Positions 47,070-57,621 of a stretch of DNA of 64,000 bases are shown piece by piece (positions within the stretch are counted from its first letter, which is position 1; each line of letters opens with the position of its first letter). The DNA comes from Methanomassiliicoccales archaeon (lineage in GTDB: Archaea; Thermoplasmatota; Thermoplasmata; Methanomassiliicoccales; UBA472), in assembly GCA_035506675.1 (NCBI GenBank), contig DATJOX010000057.1, positions 17,748 through 81,747 on the forward strand, in the 5' to 3' direction. Below the pieces are notes generated by a model. It was not told the DNA's origin. It ran no database searches and saw only the letters and a program-made list of their open reading frames with translations. A program made the position numbers and the translations under genes.

Positions 47070-47988
47070 TCACTTCCTCCTCCCCCTTCTCCGCCTCGCC
47101 GACGATGTCAACGAAAACGTCGTCCAGGGTCACCGGCCCGACGGAAAACGATGCCCCTCGCGCGACCGCGTCGTCACCGAGCCTCTTCGCTCCATCAGTT
47201 GAAGTGAGCACGCGGAAGTGGCTGGCGATGCGAATGGCATGCCCGTACTTCTGAAGCTCGTCCTCTTCGAACTTGTCGAAGACGTCCACCCTCGAGGTCT
47301 CGGAAGCGATGGACTCGCGGATGCTCTTGGGCGTTCCTCTGGCGACTATCTTACCCTTGTTGATTATCGCCAGATCGTCGGACAAAGCCTCCGCTTCGTC
47401 CATGTAGTGAGTGGTGAGAACGATGGTACGGCCTTCCTTCTTGAGGCGCGTGAGCTGTTCCCAGACGTGCCGTCGGCTCACCGGGTCCAGCCCGATACTC
47501 GGCTCGTCCAGGAAGAGGAGTTCGGCGTCGGTCGCGATCGTCATTGCCACTATGACTCGCTGCTTGAATCCCCCAGACAGCCACATTGAGTTCTGATCGG
47601 CGACCTCCGTGAGCTCGAGTGCCTCCATCGTGTCGTTCGTGCGCTTCGTGGCGTCGGCCTTACTCATGCCTCTCATGCGCAGCGAGAGCATGATGTGGTC
47701 CCGGGGGGTGAGCGGAAAGATCGTCTCCGCCTCCTGGGGGGTGAACGCGATGCGCTCTCGCACCTCCTTGGCCTGCTTCACGACGTCGAGACCGAGCACT
47801 TCGACGCTTCCAGATGTTGGAAGGAGCTGGGTGCCAGCGATGCGCAGGAACGTCGTCTTGCCGGCACCGTTGCGGCCGAGGAGCGTGAAGATCTGCCCCC
47901 GCTCGATCGTCAGGTCGAGATTGTCGACCGCGAGCTTGTCGGACCCCTTGTAGCGCTTCGTCAGCGCGGAGGCTTTGAGGACGTACAT
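47056..47988 (-). CDS. ABC-2-type ATP-binding subunit
   Basis: GRNGAGKTT, LSGG, FLDEPSIGLD, TTHY. Confidence 0.94.
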   Translation of the reverse strand: MYVLKASALTKRYKGSDKLAVDNLDLTIERGQIFTLLGRNGAGKTTFLRIAGTQLLPTSGSVEVLGLDVVKQAKEVRERIAFTPQEAETIFPLTPRDHIMLSLRMRGMSKADATKRTNDTMEALELTEVADQNSMWLSGGFKQRVIVAMTIATDAELLFLDEPSIGLDPVSRRHVWEQLTRLKKEGRTIVLTTHYMDEAEALSDDLAIINKGKIVARGTPKSIRESIASETSRVDVFDKFEEDELQKYGHAIRIASHFRVLTSTDGAKRLGDDAVARGASFSVGPVTLDDVFVDIVGEAEKGEEEVNGEP

Positions 47989-48222
47989 GCGCGAGAGAGG
48001 CTAGCCGTCCAGCATGGTAATAATGATTGCGAGCCTCCGTCATTGTCAGGAAAAGGGTTTTCGAACCTGCGGGTTCGGCGCAAAAGCATCCGAGATGCAG
48101 ACCGACGCGACAGCGCCTTTTTCGCCCAATCGCAGCAAATCGCACGACCAACGTCTATCATTTCGTCGCTGGGAACGGCGGAACAGCACGAATTGGTGCT
48201 TGAAGAGTCAGAAGGAAACAAA

Positions 48223-48834
48223 ATGAGGAAGGGACCCTCAGTCAGAGCCCTGGCCGCATCGATGCTGCTCACGTTCATACTGATCGCATCGATGATGGCT
48301 CTCGCAGCCCCCGCTGCCGCCGCGGCCATCAGCAAGCCGGGATTCAACCTCCCGGGAAACGTACTGGTCACCGACCAGTTCAACAACCGAGTGATCGAGA
48401 TCAACCACGCGGGCAGGATCGCCTGGCAGTACAGCGCCGGCATCAACCTCGCGGCCTTCGCGAGCCGGCTGCCTAACGGCAACACCCTGATCACGGATTC
48501 CGGTAACGCCAGGATATTCGAGGTGACCCCGCAGAGGAACGTCGCGTTCACGTACTTCACGAACACCAGCGAGAACAGCAACCCGAACCCGTTGCCGACC
48601 AACGCGGTGAGGCTTAGGGACGGCGGCACGATGATCGCCGACCAGTTCAATCACCGCGTGTTCAAGATCGACGCGAACAAGGACATCGTCTGGCAGTATG
48701 GCATGACGAACGTCGTCGGGAACACGCCTGGCCTGCTGAATGCGCCCTACACCGCGTTCGTGATCGGCGACTACACCGGACAGACCGTTCCGCCGGGCAC
48801 GGTGTTCGGAGTGCAGATGATACCTGCCGATTGA
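48223..48834 (+). CDS. Secreted short beta-propeller-repeat protein
   Basis: Signal peptide from ATG 48223; three G..L(V/I)(T/A)D..N.R(V/I).E(I/V)......W.Y blades. Confidence 0.8.
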   Translation: MRKGPSVRALAASMLLTFILIASMMALAAPAAAAAISKPGFNLPGNVLVTDQFNNRVIEINHAGRIAWQYSAGINLAAFASRLPNGNTLITDSGNARIFEVTPQRNVAFTYFTNTSENSNPNPLPTNAVRLRDGGTMIADQFNHRVFKIDANKDIVWQYGMTNVVGNTPGLLNAPYTAFVIGDYTGQTVPPGTVFGVQMIPAD

Positions 48835-49164
48835 AATTCTTTGAACGGAGCCGCGCGGAGATCAGCGCCGCGGCTCTCATTTCGTCTAATCCAGCCTTCT
48901 CTCCAACAGCAGAATGCTATCACCGCGACGACCGCGACCGAACGAACCTGTGCCAGCGCCACGTCGGTGGCCTCCACTTCACGTTCTCCAGCTCGACACG
49001 AATCGAAAAGAGACTGGCCTGCGTCTCTTCATTGGACCTCGTGACAATCATTAACAGCTTCGATGCGCATCACGGCCTGAACGTTCCCGCCTTGGCAATC
49101 AGAAGACGTCGTCATGGGGCGAGACGTGAGCTTGCGCAGTTCCATCATAGAAGGGGGAAGTCAT

Positions 49165-51921
49165 TTGACGTCGGCTTCATCATCGGGACCTTCGGTCGCC
49201 AAGCGATTCGCAATACTCTCGATCACGCTCCTTTTGTTCAGCTCGACAATCCTGGTTGCCGCGGTCGCAGGGAGTGCGGACGGATCGCCAATCGAAGGAC
49301 AGGTTTTCGGAGCGGCAATCAGCGCACCCCAGCCTGTTGGGGCAGCCAAGTCGATATTCTGGACTCAAATGGCCCCCGCCTTCATGGAGGACGCGATCAA
49401 TCAGGGATCGATTTACGGAGCAGTCGGCTGGGAACCGTTCTGCTCGCATGCGTCGATCGACGGCGCCGCCAAGGTCCTCGCAGAGTCGGGTGATGTCTGG
49501 CAGCACAGCCCTGGAGCGGTGATGGCCATGTCCATTTCATTTCCTTCTGTTCCGGGAAATCAGGAGCTCGCGGCCAGAGCCGTCAGGGCGACCATGGACG
49601 CAACGAAATGGATCGAGGATTCCATCGCGCAAGCATCGACGAATCATTCCAGCCTATTGACCATGGGAGCTCAGCTCACGAGCTTCAACACGACCGTAAT
49701 GGGCGCCGCCCTGCAGACCATGCAGTTCGAATACGGCATCGATGCCGGAATGATTGACGGCCTTCAGAACCTCACCGAAGGATTCCTAAACTTGGGCCAG
49801 ATCGCCGGGTATGGTGGGTACCCTGATGCGATGACCTTCGCTCAAGTGATCTCTAACACTTCTCTTCTTCAAATGGCCACGACCATGTCCTATAGTGACT
49901 CGATACTCGGAGTGGTGAGATTGGGTCATGTCAACGGCGACCTGCGTCAGCTTGCTTACACCGTGGCGATGAACACCTCACTCTGGGGAGGAAAGACGCT
50001 GTTTGAGGACTACGGCGTCCAAGTCGTAGGCCCCGCCCCATTCGCTAACAGTGGTGCCGTCCTCGACGCAGTTGCCGCAGGGAACATAGACATGGGATAC
50101 GTGACGAGCGGAACGGTGATCCTCAAGCGGATCAACTCCAACGCTCAGGTGGATGTCGTCTCGAACCTCGAAAGTGAGGGGTCCGCGATCCTTGTGAACC
50201 CATCCTATCAGTCTCCCATCGACCTGAACCTGAGGGTTTTCGCGACGCCTGGTCCGTCCACTATCGAACATCAATTGTTTCTGCGTTGGGCAACTGCCAA
50301 CGGCTTCGCCGTTTATTTGAGGGGGACGGTTTCCACCCCATCCGCACCGCAGACGCTGCAAGCGATTCCTGAAGTGGGCCAAATAGACTTAAAATGGACC
50401 CAACCGGCCTCGGATGGTGGGAGGGCGATTAGCAACTACACAGTATATCGTGGCACTGCTCCAAGCGTTCAGACTGTTCTAGCGTTGACCGGAACGGCAA
50501 CGTCCTATTCGGATGCTAGAGTGATTCCTGGTCAGAAGTACTACTACTCCGTCAGCGCCAACAACTCAATCGGCGAGGGTCCTATGTCGGACGAGGTCAG
50601 CGCGTGTTCGATTGTGGTGCCCTCAGCGCCGCTCGGACTCGTCGCCCACGCAGGAAACGGATCGTGTGCTCTCAACTGGAGCTCGCCGGTGATCACTGGA
50701 AGCGAAACGCTCACCTATCACGTGTTCAGGGACGACGGACCCATCTGGAACGGAACGGAGACATCTTGCATTGACATCGGACTGACGAACGGTGTCTTGT
50801 ACGAGTACAAAGTGTCCGCGAACAACTCGAACGGCTGGGGTCCGAACAGCACTGCGGTCACCGCCATGCCCCTCCTGCCAAGCGCGCCGAGCGTGCCCTT
50901 GCACCTTGCGGCAACGCCTGGCGTCGAGAACGTGACTCTTCACTGGGACGCGCCCACGTTCAGCAATGGCTCTGCGGTCTCGGGGTACCGGGTCCTATTC
51001 GGGACGTCGCCCACAACCATGACGGACCAGGTGCTTTCATCTCAGCGCGACCTTGTCCTCGAGGGACTAACGGGAAGATCTACGTATTACATCGTCGTCG
51101 CGGCACGCAACGATGCGGGTTGGGGCGCGAACACGAGCATCGTGACAGCGACACCGCTGATCCCTCCTCCCCCGAGCGTCTCGTTCGTCGTTACCAGACT
51201 CGGCTCTCTAATCCCCATCATCACCGCCAAGGAGAACCAGACCCTCGTGTTCAACGCGAACGCGACCTACTCGCAGTTCGAAGCATTTGACACGCTCAAC
51301 TTCACCTGGAACATGGGAAATGGGATCACGAGATACGGAAGTTACTTCAACGACTTCGCGTACACGGGCATCCGGACCTACACGATCAAGCTGACCGTGA
51401 AGGGCCCCGAGAGCAACGCAGCGAACAAAACCACATCGTTCGTCGTCACTTCTGAACCGAGGCCGGACCTGCGCATCCTCTCGATGACAGTATCGCCGTC
51501 GAACCTGAGCAAAGGGGAGCAGGGCACGTTCACGGTGACGCTTAGGAACGTCGGTGACGACATCGCTACATCACCTGCGGTCGAGTTCTACCGGCTCATG
51601 TCGGACGGCGCGAAAGTGAGATTGGGCAACTCCAGCAACCTGGTTATAGCGGGCGCTCAGGCAACGTCACTTGAGCCGGGGCAAGAGGGCACGATCACGT
51701 TCAACTGGGCTCCACAGACGATAGCGAACATGACGGTCACTGCCTACGCTCACGCTCCCCGAGAGATCAACACCGCCGACAACACGGACTCGATCGGCTT
51801 CGTGGTGGTTCAGATCCCGGCCCCGGCTTCCGACGGGACTCTTGTCACCATCGCTGCCGTCGCCGCTATTGCGGGCGTGCTCATAGCGGCATTCATGCTC
51901 TACGTGGCTCGGAAGCGATGA
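49165..51921 (+). CDS. Surface protein: permuted NMT1/SsuA-like binding domain, 3x FN3, PKD-like, CARDB-like, C-terminal TM anchor
   Basis: TTG 49165 after GAAGGGGG; signal peptide; WEPF and RLGH..DL.QL motifs; PSAP..L.W..P FN3 repeats; PDLRI..MTVSP; terminal TM followed by RKR. Confidence 0.85.
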   Translation: MTSASSSGPSVAKRFAILSITLLLFSSTILVAAVAGSADGSPIEGQVFGAAISAPQPVGAAKSIFWTQMAPAFMEDAINQGSIYGAVGWEPFCSHASIDGAAKVLAESGDVWQHSPGAVMAMSISFPSVPGNQELAARAVRATMDATKWIEDSIAQASTNHSSLLTMGAQLTSFNTTVMGAALQTMQFEYGIDAGMIDGLQNLTEGFLNLGQIAGYGGYPDAMTFAQVISNTSLLQMATTMSYSDSILGVVRLGHVNGDLRQLAYTVAMNTSLWGGKTLFEDYGVQVVGPAPFANSGAVLDAVAAGNIDMGYVTSGTVILKRINSNAQVDVVSNLESEGSAILVNPSYQSPIDLNLRVFATPGPSTIEHQLFLRWATANGFAVYLRGTVSTPSAPQTLQAIPEVGQIDLKWTQPASDGGRAISNYTVYRGTAPSVQTVLALTGTATSYSDARVIPGQKYYYSVSANNSIGEGPMSDEVSACSIVVPSAPLGLVAHAGNGSCALNWSSPVITGSETLTYHVFRDDGPIWNGTETSCIDIGLTNGVLYEYKVSANNSNGWGPNSTAVTAMPLLPSAPSVPLHLAATPGVENVTLHWDAPTFSNGSAVSGYRVLFGTSPTTMTDQVLSSQRDLVLEGLTGRSTYYIVVAARNDAGWGANTSIVTATPLIPPPPSVSFVVTRLGSLIPIITAKENQTLVFNANATYSQFEAFDTLNFTWNMGNGITRYGSYFNDFAYTGIRTYTIKLTVKGPESNAANKTTSFVVTSEPRPDLRILSMTVSPSNLSKGEQGTFTVTLRNVGDDIATSPAVEFYRLMSDGAKVRLGNSSNLVIAGAQATSLEPGQEGTITFNWAPQTIANMTVTAYAHAPREINTADNTDSIGFVVVQIPAPASDGTLVTIAAVAAIAGVLIAAFMLYVARKR

Positions 51922-52007
51922 TCGCGGGTCTTCGACAACTCAATATCGGGATCTGATGGAGACTGGCAGGACCGAACGGATAAATACCGCCAATCCTTCC
52001 CGAGCTC

Positions 52008-53141
52008 GTGGCGAAGAATCCTGGTACTGCTATCGCAATCGTAGCAATCGCTTGCCTCTTGCTGATCGGCAGCGTCAACCTGATGCAGCTCGTGAGCGCG
52101 GATGACGTGCCTGCGGGGAAAGCGCCCGCGCCCTCAGTCTCCGAGCAGCACGTGCACAATCAGGCGGAAACGTATGAAGGCCAAGCTCAAGGCAACTTCG
52201 ACAACGAGGCTTGGTGGATCACCATTTCCCAAGGCGACCTCAAGACGCTCATCACCGCCAGGAACTACTCCAACGGCAACCAGGTCACCGTCGACTACGG
52301 CATGAACTTCAACTTCCATCTCGGTGGCAAGTTCTACATCGCGATGTTCACCATCGACCAAGTGCTGATCAAGATCGGGGACGATTCGCTGCTCGTTCCG
52401 CTGAAGAACTGCGCTGGGTTCCAACTGAGCTACACGAGCGTCTCGTACGACGGCAACACACCCACGATCGATTGCAGCGTGGCGTTCAAGGACGTCCGAG
52501 TGCACCCTGAGTCCGCATCCTCGGCATTCGATCTGACTCTCTTCAACCACTACCGCGGCGATTGGAACAGCACGAGCATCAAGGTCGAAGCGTTGCTGGA
52601 CTTCACCGGCACGAACCTCGGTCCGTATCCTGCTGGCACACCGTTCACCGTCGAGATCCATTACATCATGCAGCTGACCGACCCGAAGCTCCAGCTCGGA
52701 CCGCCGGACTTCAACACCCTCCGGCCCTCGCGCTACACAAACGACACGATGGAGTACAACCTCACGGGCAATGACGGATCGCCGTACACGCTCTCCAAGC
52801 TTGACATGAACGACGCCTTCACGATCAACAACGAGACAGGGGCGTACGCCGCGACGGGATACTCGCGCATCGACTCCCCCAACTCGACGAACGGCATGCA
52901 ATACAACCACAATGCGCGCGTGGTAACTCACGGCTTCCCAGGACTCGTCTACGGGTCCACAACGCTTGTGAGGAGCGACCCGCAGATCGTCGTGTACCAC
53001 GACCTCGCTAGTGACGATGGATTCTTGACAATCCTCGTTGCGATAGCTGGTGTAGCCGCGGCAGGATGCCTAGGTGCGTTTGTGTTGGTGAGAAGAAAGA
53101 GAAGGACTGAGAGGGGCAACAAGGAGAAAGGCGCCAAGTGA
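52008..53141 (+). CDS. Exported beta-rich protein with C-terminal membrane anchor
   Basis: N-terminal signal peptide, C-terminal TM followed by RRKRR; TAAATA box 27 nt upstream. Confidence 0.78.
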   Translation: MAKNPGTAIAIVAIACLLLIGSVNLMQLVSADDVPAGKAPAPSVSEQHVHNQAETYEGQAQGNFDNEAWWITISQGDLKTLITARNYSNGNQVTVDYGMNFNFHLGGKFYIAMFTIDQVLIKIGDDSLLVPLKNCAGFQLSYTSVSYDGNTPTIDCSVAFKDVRVHPESASSAFDLTLFNHYRGDWNSTSIKVEALLDFTGTNLGPYPAGTPFTVEIHYIMQLTDPKLQLGPPDFNTLRPSRYTNDTMEYNLTGNDGSPYTLSKLDMNDAFTINNETGAYAATGYSRIDSPNSTNGMQYNHNARVVTHGFPGLVYGSTTLVRSDPQIVVYHDLASDDGFLTILVAIAGVAAAGCLGAFVLVRRKRRTERGNKEKGAK

Positions 53142-53291
53142 GCCCCCATTTCAACCATTCATCTTCACATGCATCAGGAAAGGAACGCCTAGCCTCCCTC
53201 TTCAACTTGACGCGCCCTCCTGTTGGCGGATACATGCACTGATTATTATCAACACAAAACCTTAATCCCGATGGCTGCTACAGTGATCTAG

Positions 53292-53816
53292 ATGGAGCAG
53301 GGAGAGAACCTCGAAATAAGAAATCCGCGCGGAATACTGCGCATACTAGTCCTGTTGGCTAGCTGGCTCGTTGCGCTCCAGACGATCTTCCTGATGGCCA
53401 AGATCTCACCGGCGAGTTTCGAGGGACTCGGAGACCTTTCCACGCAGACCGTATCTCTGATCCTTCTCCAGATAGTCCTGCTCTCCTGCATCATCGGTAT
53501 CATCGCGCTCGCCAGCCTTTCCAGCGAGAACTGGACAGTAAGACTGGTTCGCCGCGCCAGGATTGTACTGCTGTTATTTGGGGTGATCCTGGGGGTCGAG
53601 GGTGTGTCCACGATCTACCTCAGTAATTTCATAGTGTCAGGGTCGAACCAGATCCTGATGGGGAGCTTCGGCCTGGTGCTGTACACACTAGGTATTCTCT
53701 CGATGATCTCGTACATGCAGAACGAGAGGGGACTGACGTTCCGAAGGGAGGCTCAAGCACTTTCCGCAATCGTGTTCTTGTTGCTGATGCTGCCGATGGC
53801 CCTGGTTCTGGTCTGA
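53292..53816 (+). CDS. Hypothetical membrane protein (about 5 TM)
   Basis: Hydrophobic helices throughout. Confidence 0.65.
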   Translation: MEQGENLEIRNPRGILRILVLLASWLVALQTIFLMAKISPASFEGLGDLSTQTVSLILLQIVLLSCIIGIIALASLSSENWTVRLVRRARIVLLLFGVILGVEGVSTIYLSNFIVSGSNQILMGSFGLVLYTLGILSMISYMQNERGLTFRREAQALSAIVFLLLMLPMALVLV

Positions 53817-54008
53817 AGGCGGCCTGAGGCCACGGGAATTCGAACAAAACGAGGCTACGTCACAATCGCGAACTAATCGCATTCAACGCTAGCAAGACCT
53901 CCTGTGACTCGGAATCGGAGGCAAGAGCTTTCGCCTCGACGGACCATCGATCTTTTCAACTCGATCGCATTGACCCGTGCATCCATGATCGCATGAGGCT
54001 GCCATGCG

Positions 54009-54030
54009 CATCGTCATTGGGTTGACGATG
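54009..54030. terminator. Hairpin CATCGTCA-N6-TGACGATG between convergent genes
   Basis: Perfect 8-bp stem 11 nt beyond the 54041 stop. Confidence 0.4.
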
Positions 54031-54040
54031 TCCTAATGTT

Positions 54041-54529
54041 CTAGTCGCTCGCCCCAGGGTCTTCGATCCCCGGCATCATCACGATGCAGTCCTTCTCTTC
54101 GCCGAGCAGCCCGTCGAATTCCGCCTTGATCATCATCGCCTCGTGCTCGCTCGGCACATTCATCAGTATCCCGATCGCTGAGCCGTATTCCTGGCACATC
54201 CATAGCATCCGCACCAGGAGCTCGTCGGCGTCGAACTTGTCGCCGTAGTGCAATAGCTCGAAAGGATAGTCCTTCTCGATCACGAGCGCGGGTATGCAGG
54301 CCTTCGCGCAGCCGTACTTCTTCTCCTCCAGCAACGAGCGCACCTCGCTCACCAACTGTTTGCGCGTTGCGTGCTCGTCGCTCGGGACCCACTCGTGCAG
54401 TGCGAAGACTATCTCGAAGAACTTCTTCGGCTTGTGTTTCGCTCGCGAGCTAGGCGGTTTGTTCAGTTCGCTCGCGGGCGGCACCCTGTCGATCGCAGGG
54501 CACTCGTTCGTGGTACTTATGGCGAACAT
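54041..54529 (-). CDS. Hypothetical protein
   Basis: AGGTGA ribosome-binding site before the ATG; alpha/beta pattern. Confidence 0.65.
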   Translation of the reverse strand: MFAISTTNECPAIDRVPPASELNKPPSSRAKHKPKKFFEIVFALHEWVPSDEHATRKQLVSEVRSLLEEKKYGCAKACIPALVIEKDYPFELLHYGDKFDADELLVRMLWMCQEYGSAIGILMNVPSEHEAMMIKAEFDGLLGEEKDCIVMMPGIEDPGASD

Positions 54530-54660
54530 CGTTCGTTCACCTTTGAGGCGTTATCGCCTCGGATAAGCACTCGGGAGGGGAGCTTAAGAAGACTATTATC
54601 TTGAAATCGAAATTGATTCGATTTGAACTCGTGCATCTGGATAGACGGTCCACGTCCTGG

Positions 54661-57225
54661 TCATCGGAACTGCCCGGCGGGCACGAGCATCTCGAACCTT
54701 ACGCCCTTTCCGGGCGTGCCGACCTCCCTCATTGAGATGTTCGACTCAAGAAGGATGTCCCTGCAAAGGTGCATGCCGATTCCCGAGGTATGCGTCACCT
54801 CCTTCAGGAAGATGCTATCCTTCTGCTCTTGGGGGATTCCTGGACCTTCATCCTCGTAGATCAGGAGAAGCTCCCCGTTGTCCCTCTTTGCAGTCAGCCG
54901 TGCGGTGGTTGGGTGCCGCGCGTACTTCACGCTGTCCTCCAGGAGGTTATGGAAGACCAGTTTCAGCATCGGGTCGGCCAGGATCTCGAGCCCGCGCACG
55001 CTGTCGCCGATGTCGAACTTCTCCACATCCTTCAGGATCGGCAGGCTCTCGATGACGCTCTCGACGTTCTGCCACCTCGGCCCCTCCTCACCCGAACCCT
55101 GACCGCGCACGAGCTGCAGCCGCTGATCGATCGCCTCGGTCGCCCCTTCCATCTTCGCTATCCTCGCCGCCACCTTGCCCTGCGAGGTCTCCTTGCCAAG
55201 AAGGAACAGATTCCCCTTGAGGACCGCCAGCTGGTTGCCGACATCGTGCCTGGTGATGTTGTTCAGAAGCTCCAGCCGCGTCATTGCTCGCCTGAGCGAC
55301 AACTCGATGCGCTTGCGGTCGGTGACGTCCTGCACCACCCCGTGGATCTTCAAGACCTTGCCCGCACCATCCATTTCGGCGGTCGTAGTGATCGAGACAG
55401 TCCTCCTGGAATGATTGTCCAGGACCACGTCGTGCTCGATCTGTTTCGAGTAGGTCTTCATGCCTTCGGCCGAGGCCCTCCGCATCCTTTCGCCTTCCCT
55501 CTCGATCATCTTCGACAGCTCTGGCGGGAGGAATCTTTCCGAATATGTCGAGGCCCTCATGGAATATCCTCCCTCTTTCTGCGCTGTCGTGCCAAGGATG
55601 GCGTAGAACCGGTCGTTCAATAGGAAGGTGTTCGTCGTAGGGTCGAAGTCCCAGTGCGCCAGCTGTGCGATATCCATGGCTGCCTCGAGCTGCTGATGAG
55701 CCTCCCTTATCTCGTCCAGCATCAGCTGGTGCTCGGTCATGTCGTGTACGATGCCGGTGACTATCCCTTTGGTGCTATCGAATTCCGCCACGCCATGCAG
55801 GTCAACGATCTTGCCGTCGTTCTGTCGGCGGACCTTGATGCGGACGTCAAGTTTCTCCCCCCGATTGATCAATCCTTCGAGCGCCGAATCCAACATCGCT
55901 CGGGACTCGGGCAAAGGCATCCTCATGATCTCGGCAAGAGTCGCTTTCTGCATGTCCATTCCGAAGAGCTTCATCGCTCCGGACGAGCCCGTGACCGTCC
56001 CGTCCTTCAAATGGATCTCCCAGTGCCCCGCCCCCGCTGCCTCCTCCGCCCGACGGAGCCTTTTCTCGGCCTCCTTGAGAGCATCCTGAGCTCTCCTCCG
56101 CTCCGTAACGTCCCGCGCGATCGCGAGGATAGCTGGCTTTCCGCGATAGTCGATCAACCTCGCGTTAAGCTCGGTCGTGATCAGCTTGCCTTGCTTCGTT
56201 AGCTGCTCCGTCTCGAAGACCGCGTTGCCGTTCTTCAAGACCTCATCGCTGTGACGCATAACCAACAGGGACGATTCGGGTGAATCTATCTGTTCCGGGC
56301 CCATGGCCAGCATCTCCTCCCGCGAGTATCCGAGCATCTTGCAGATCGCGTCGTTCGCCTCGAGGAATCTGCCGCCTGGATAGAATATCAGGATCCCGTC
56401 GTTCGCGCTGTTGAAGATCTCGCGGAACTTCAGCTCGCTCTCGTTCAGCTCCGCTCTCGCTCTTTCCCTCTCGGTGACGTCGGTGTCGGCCCCACGGTAG
56501 CCGAGAAGCGTTCCGTTCGCGTTCACGATGGGAGCGCCACTCGATTCGAGGACAACCTCCCTACCATCCCGGTGCTGATTCTCGTTCAGAAAGCGGCGGA
56601 AAAGGCGCCCTTGCGCGAAGAGTTCCTTCGTAGCCTCGGTGAGCTTCTGCCGTTTGGATGGCACGAAGAAATCGTAGTAGTGGTAGTGCCCGACCACCTC
56701 CTCCGGCGAGTACCCCAGCATGTTCTGGACGGCGGGGCTCGAGTAGATGTACAGACCGTCGGTGTCGACCTCCCAGATCCATTCCTCGCTGCTGTTCGCC
56801 ACCTGTCTGAAGCGCTCCTCGCTCTCCCGAAGAGATGCTTCCGCCTTCCTGCGGTCAGTGATGTCGGAGATAGCATAGATGGTGCCGTGGAACACCCCTT
56901 CTTGGATCATGGGACTAGCGATCACATGAGCCCAGAACTCCGTGCTGTCCAGCCTCCTGAGGCGATAATCCTGGTTACCTGACATTCCGCGTGCGCGGCT
57001 GGCGAGGTTGTTCTTGGCGCGCTGGGCATCCTCGTCCGCGATCAATCCGAGGACCGAACGCCCATTCAACTCCCCATCACCGGCTCCGATCATCTCAAGG
57101 GCGCGCTTGTTGGCGAAAACGATCTTGTGAGCGCGGTCAGTGGCGATGATTCCCTCGCCAATCCCGTTCAGGATCGCTGAATGGGGTAGATCGAGCTCGA
57201 CCAGCATCTCCCGGAGGCCAGTCAT
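54661..57225 (-). CDS. Multi-PAS histidine kinase
   Basis: About five PAS/PAC units, ITRHDVGNQL, EDEGPG, FEMLVP. Confidence 0.9.
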   Translation of the reverse strand: MTGLREMLVELDLPHSAILNGIGEGIIATDRAHKIVFANKRALEMIGAGDGELNGRSVLGLIADEDAQRAKNNLASRARGMSGNQDYRLRRLDSTEFWAHVIASPMIQEGVFHGTIYAISDITDRRKAEASLRESEERFRQVANSSEEWIWEVDTDGLYIYSSPAVQNMLGYSPEEVVGHYHYYDFFVPSKRQKLTEATKELFAQGRLFRRFLNENQHRDGREVVLESSGAPIVNANGTLLGYRGADTDVTERERARAELNESELKFREIFNSANDGILIFYPGGRFLEANDAICKMLGYSREEMLAMGPEQIDSPESSLLVMRHSDEVLKNGNAVFETEQLTKQGKLITTELNARLIDYRGKPAILAIARDVTERRRAQDALKEAEKRLRRAEEAAGAGHWEIHLKDGTVTGSSGAMKLFGMDMQKATLAEIMRMPLPESRAMLDSALEGLINRGEKLDVRIKVRRQNDGKIVDLHGVAEFDSTKGIVTGIVHDMTEHQLMLDEIREAHQQLEAAMDIAQLAHWDFDPTTNTFLLNDRFYAILGTTAQKEGGYSMRASTYSERFLPPELSKMIEREGERMRRASAEGMKTYSKQIEHDVVLDNHSRRTVSITTTAEMDGAGKVLKIHGVVQDVTDRKRIELSLRRAMTRLELLNNITRHDVGNQLAVLKGNLFLLGKETSQGKVAARIAKMEGATEAIDQRLQLVRGQGSGEEGPRWQNVESVIESLPILKDVEKFDIGDSVRGLEILADPMLKLVFHNLLEDSVKYARHPTTARLTAKRDNGELLLIYEDEGPGIPQEQKDSIFLKEVTHTSGIGMHLCRDILLESNISMREVGTPGKGVRFEMLVPAGQFR

Positions 57226-57345
57226 CGAGGCCGAAGCCCCGAACGGGATATTTAAGCGATTTGTATCCTGGTCGTGCTGTGATAATGTGGCCTCTGTATG
57301 TCACCGAATCGGCTGATCTGGACCTCTGCCGATGTCCAGCGGGCC

Positions 57346-57621
57346 TCAGCCGCCCGCCATCGGTGGGAATAGAATGATGTCATCGCCTTCTTTGACTCTC
57401 GTCGCCAGGCCACCGGTCTCTTTCACGCTCTTTCCGTTCACCATCATGCTCACATATGGACGAAGGTCGCCCTCGCTCATCGCCGCTCTCCCGAGCTCTG
57501 GATGCGCCTGCGCAAGCGCGGCGAGAACGTCCCCCGCGGTATCGCCCTTCGCCTCGATCTCCAGCACTTTCTCGCCAGCGATGTAGCGGAATTGACCGAA
57601 CAGCTTCACACTGACCTTCGT
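57346..57621 (-). CDS. MoaD/ThiS/SAMP ubiquitin-like sulfur carrier
   Basis: KVSVKLFGQFR..VNG..FPPMAGG* with C-terminal di-Gly; start either ACG 57621 or GTG 57609. Confidence 0.92.
   Translation of the reverse strand, partial: TKVSVKLFGQFRYIAGEKVLEIEAKGDTAGDVLAALAQAHPELGRAAMSEGDLRPYVSMMVNGKSVKETGGLATRVKEGDDIILFPPMAGG

Noticed and set aside
48771-48977. Short minus-strand ORF with a hydrophobic VAVVAVIAF stretch
   Set aside because: Overlaps the propeller gene, has no start context or motif, and could be chance
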